DNA of 64,000 nucleotides. Source: Gammaproteobacteria bacterium. GTDB lineage: Bacteria > Pseudomonadota > Gammaproteobacteria > CAKMZV01. The position numbers were made by a program, and so were the translations under genes. Below, piece by piece: positions 61,901-64,000 of the stretch (positions are counted from its first letter, which is position 1; each line of letters opens with the position of its first letter). Where the stretch lies: the NCBI GenBank assembly GCA_965277775.1, contig OZ255843.1:455451-519450 (forward strand), given 5' to 3'. Under the pieces are notes generated by a model. The model made no database searches, was not told the origin of the DNA, and saw only the letters and a program-made list of their open reading frames with translations.

Positions 61901-62906
61901 CACAGAGGTGATGCCTTTGTTCATCAACATTGGCTCGATCAATTCGGTGGCCACCCTCACAAGAACATTCCAACAGAAAACTGTTCTCAATGTTCCCGAA
62001 TGGAATCGAAGCATGTTTGCTGTGAGATCGGTTTCATGCTCCGATCCCGACGTTACTAAACCAAACACAACCGCTGTAACACAAATCAGCCTTAAAGAGA
62101 ACTTTCGAGTTTCAACGCTGTTGTCCAAAAACCAGCCCGACCCAATAACTGTGGGAGAACCGTGCAAATTCAGAGATTTTGACGGAAGAACACTTTACTC
62201 TGTAACAACATCCACTGGCTTTCATTTTACGGATTGTAGTCGCGATCAAGGTTACTACACTGCAACAACCTCCACCTACAAGGCCTTCTCTACAACACCA
62301 ACGAACACTTATTACAACAACAGCTCCTGTTCGTACCGCACACCATACACTGCAATATGCCAAAGAGGTAGCTCTAAAGCAGGGTACCAGGACTACCTTT
62401 GCACAAAACATCACACGCACACCCGGACAAGACAAAATGGAGTGTTCCACAATAATATTAGGCCATATCACACAACAAAAACCGTATCTGTGCCATACGT
62501 GATTTCAAGATATTTTTACAATAGACACGTACTGACATCTAGCACAACAACAATTAAGGAGACAACAACAGACCACCCTTCGCATTTTAACGCTAAGCTA
62601 GGCGGACTTGATTTCGGCATCAGCACGGGATCGTCCACCTCTTGGTTCAAGATACCGCCCGGCGAAACCATTGAGTTTTTCGATTCTTTGTTGGTGAACG
62701 CGCCTTCTTGGCATGACAACAATGGTACTGATTTAGACAACATCCTCACCGAAGGTGTCTACAGAAAGGACATCTCCCTTGAATTCAACTATAAACCAAC
62801 ATTCGTAGTGAAAATCAAACGAGCAGATGACATTAATTCACTCACAACCCCTTTGATTGAAGAAACATCCGACAATCTACCAGCCCAACAAATACTACTA
62901 AAATAG
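58908..62906 (+). CDS. very large (1332 aa) putative surface/adhesin-like protein
   Basis: N-terminal segment duplicated from the upstream lipoprotein, then ~1100 aa Thr/Ser-rich beta-type sequence with many Cys near the C-terminus; no family recognised. Confidence 0.55.
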   Translation: MSILAQVARLSSTDAAIQSRITTVTNTLITAIADNIRLIAQNSSSTAAQLLSINSSLTSIIAQNNAQGLINSSTTRAIEAMRMAISAQITQEVAKLQTNINANHSTLTARIDLLQQAIDVLQTTTVISIINSLNAHVITQGVVNSSLTASILSLQASLTNYITSSILSLSTSLTVTSSTINARIDQLNWVIGGLVSEDARLALVIAGLTSSITSSLNNSSNQISILQAQVAQLTASVSALQALHRTPDVPIGTPTNVAGKAVDGLVIGGTVRVYTINESDYSPNILIGSTKTDSNGAFSVTLYGLTATQILLYEVSGGYYIEEWTQQRFDLRTGDKLYAIDRVETTSGTANVSITISGFTNLTYALALYRKNHTYIDSSLRIRPTISQARDYATPIVNLVLGGVNAEKTVFKDITSSDYAVSKPQFASDVDSFWYSFYVSGVSGLMASESVKQGANFYSIDFWKALYDDVLTDGVIDGKGINLKQIGIGIRPLEPDMLRTEAMRFANQFKTSKLQHIRFDTNGHSSFEQKMNIVHSSTDPIFGKISASPLDGDPPIIKANPIAGAITTNHVVVTISDASSITSMIYSLLDSNNTELSRTVYDLLNHSGGNAYKLSVDLNQTSGIYKMVITASDGHLLSRSTVTFSIVNDAPKLSITSSTRTTTGTITIHGSYSLPYPQFTDIQSISISDTVNGMGTKQAIINTGTKTFTSSFSANSSGLYTIDIKVCDTIGNCHTYVIKRSVDKDSPRIFSSAFGQGAGLKQWYISPSLGYQAFWGRINPYFVERTVSQLKISGAYDRISSHLFSNGNYKLGATIITERELDQANINYYAFNADDTGLPASTPLDDLVIKLKYSTASYNAHYYKSGPSSYTSIPPTSKTITIVKETTMSARTFATALGTKSKRVIIPLTTEFWGNSLIKENLFTTHIFEISVCDKAGLCTTKTFGLLLAIESPTQKSLNGSLTTLQKDLNFLQGVTPLVNRKRQMGGEKQFYKYSVKNTEVMPLFINIGSINSVATLTRTFQQKTVLNVPEWNRSMFAVRSVSCSDPDVTKPNTTAVTQISLKENFRVSTLLSKNQPDPITVGEPCKFRDFDGRTLYSVTTSTGFHFTDCSRDQGYYTATTSTYKAFSTTPTNTYYNNSSCSYRTPYTAICQRGSSKAGYQDYLCTKHHTHTRTRQNGVFHNNIRPYHTTKTVSVPYVISRYFYNRHVLTSSTTTIKETTTDHPSHFNAKLGGLDFGISTGSSTSWFKIPPGETIEFFDSLLVNAPSWHDNNGTDLDNILTEGVYRKDISLEFNYKPTFVVKIKRADDINSLTTPLIEETSDNLPAQQILLK

Positions 62907-63019
62907 GGTGTTGCCCAAAATCCTAATTGAACCCGCCGTAGTCAGATCACTCCACGAAATCCGCAAGCACTCCTCGATAAAATTCTTTTTGTTTTTTTTG
63001 GTTTATGCCTGCTTTTTAA

Positions 63020-63427
63020 TTGGGTTTTTCAATATGTGTATTATTGATATTACAGGTTCATCAAATCACATTATTTTTTTATAAAAAAACCTTAACTAAA
63101 AGCAGTTTGATTAAGAATGGAGATTATGTTTTAATAGAAAGGAATGTTTTGAATAAGAAGGGGTTGCCTAATTCAGAGCATCATCTAATTAAGATGATAA
63201 TAGCAACTCCCAGTGATCTTTCAAGTAATACTTTAGAGGGGATAGTAGTGAACAAGAAACTCCAACCAAACACAAAATTGATGAAAGAGAGAGGATACTT
63301 AATGGGTGATATGTCGAATGATAACTGTTATGTGGCTGTGAACAGTCACCCCATGAGTATTGACAGTAGATATTTTGGTTGTGTTCAAAAAAAGCAAATA
63401 CTAAAAGAATTAATACCATTGATATGA
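63020..63427 (+). CDS. S26-family signal-peptidase-like protein (TraF/LepB-like short form)
   Basis: GDYVLIER and SIDSRYFG motifs resemble LepB GDNRDNSxDSRYxG box; 135 aa. Confidence 0.45.
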   Translation: MGFSICVLLILQVHQITLFFYKKTLTKSSLIKNGDYVLIERNVLNKKGLPNSEHHLIKMIIATPSDLSSNTLEGIVVNKKLQPNTKLMKERGYLMGDMSNDNCYVAVNSHPMSIDSRYFGCVQKKQILKELIPLI

Positions 63428-63581
63428 AGAGGTAATATGGTGCAACAAATAACTGTAGCCAATAGAATTAGATTTTTAACTCATGACGATATAGGAAGTG
63501 ATGAAATTGATATTCATGGCATAAAAAGGCTTTTCATAGATAAGGATTATCGAGATAGCAACCCCGACATGCCTGAAGCCT

Positions 63582-63941
63582 ATGCGGATAATGCTCAAGA
63601 TGGCCAGACCGATTAATAGACCACACATGGAACCAACCCATGGCCAACTAAGCTTATTCACTTCTGGCAGTGAAAAAGAGAGCATTGTTGTTGAAAAAAT
63701 TGATGACGTGGCAAAATTAAACAACATCGACTTAATTCCTGCCAAAAAGATCAAATCAGACCGCATTAAAGCAAATGAAGAAGTTTTACAAATTCTTGCA
63801 AAATCTGAAACCTTTTCGCACAATGAACTCAAAATATTATCTGCTTATAGTGGTTGGGGTGGCATTCCAGATTATTTTGAAAATGAAGATAATTTGGTTA
63901 GAAAAACAAATCCAGAAGAGTATGACAAGATTAAACGTTAG
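63582..63941 (+). CDS. hypothetical protein
   Basis: 119-aa ORF; overlaps an alternative minus-strand ORF 63476-63832, so only one can be real. Confidence 0.3.
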   Translation: MRIMLKMARPINRPHMEPTHGQLSLFTSGSEKESIVVEKIDDVAKLNNIDLIPAKKIKSDRIKANEEVLQILAKSETFSHNELKILSAYSGWGGIPDYFENEDNLVRKTNPEEYDKIKR

Positions 63942-64000
63942 ATCCTTTCATCCTACTACACACCCAGTAATATCACTTCCGCAATAGCAGACATATTCGG

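Overview
This 64 kb window is chromosomal DNA from a gammaproteobacterium, probably a methylotroph because it carries fae. It is a mix of housekeeping genes and three accessory regions.

1. Positions 1-10.3 kb hold an integron-type gene-cassette array on the minus strand. It has at least 14 co-oriented cassettes, each followed by a related attC site of the form YTAACGCC...TTGTTAKG. The cassettes encode HNH nucleases, a SAM methyltransferase, oxidoreductases, a DUF4062-like protein and unknowns. No intI or attI is present where the cassette orientation predicts one; the array instead abuts a fae/Zn-ADH formaldehyde module.

2. Positions 12-47 kb are core genes: msrPQ, yacG, an MFS transporter, ftsB-eno-kdsA-pyrG, ubiA and engB. 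The dcw cluster is rearranged and truncated as mraZ-rsmH-ftsZ-ftsL-ftsI-murE. After it come folD, an M16 peptidase, mdh, a LysR regulator, ilvA, rpiA, thiD and the aa3 cytochrome oxidase operon coxB-ctaD-cox11-coxC.

3. A type II-C CRISPR-Cas locus sits directly after the coxC terminator. It consists of a divergent 1093-aa Cas9 with RuvC-I/II/III, a bridge helix and an HNH domain, then Cas1 and Cas2, then a large array at 52413-57111 of about 71 copies of a 36-bp repeat with about 30-bp spacers. Read on the minus strand, the repeat is GTTTTGATCCCCCCCGTTTTTCCAGCAGAGTATAAT and ends in a perfect TATAAT -10 box. This suggests Neisseria-like repeat-embedded promoters. No convincing tracrRNA anti-repeat was found by eye. 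The array contains truncated and duplicated units, and several spacer pairs that differ only at synonymous codon positions.

4. Downstream, at 57.6-64 kb, is a lipoprotein whose C-terminal ~220 aa are tandemly duplicated at the start of a 1332-aa surface protein, followed by an S26-peptidase-like gene. This is probably an island.
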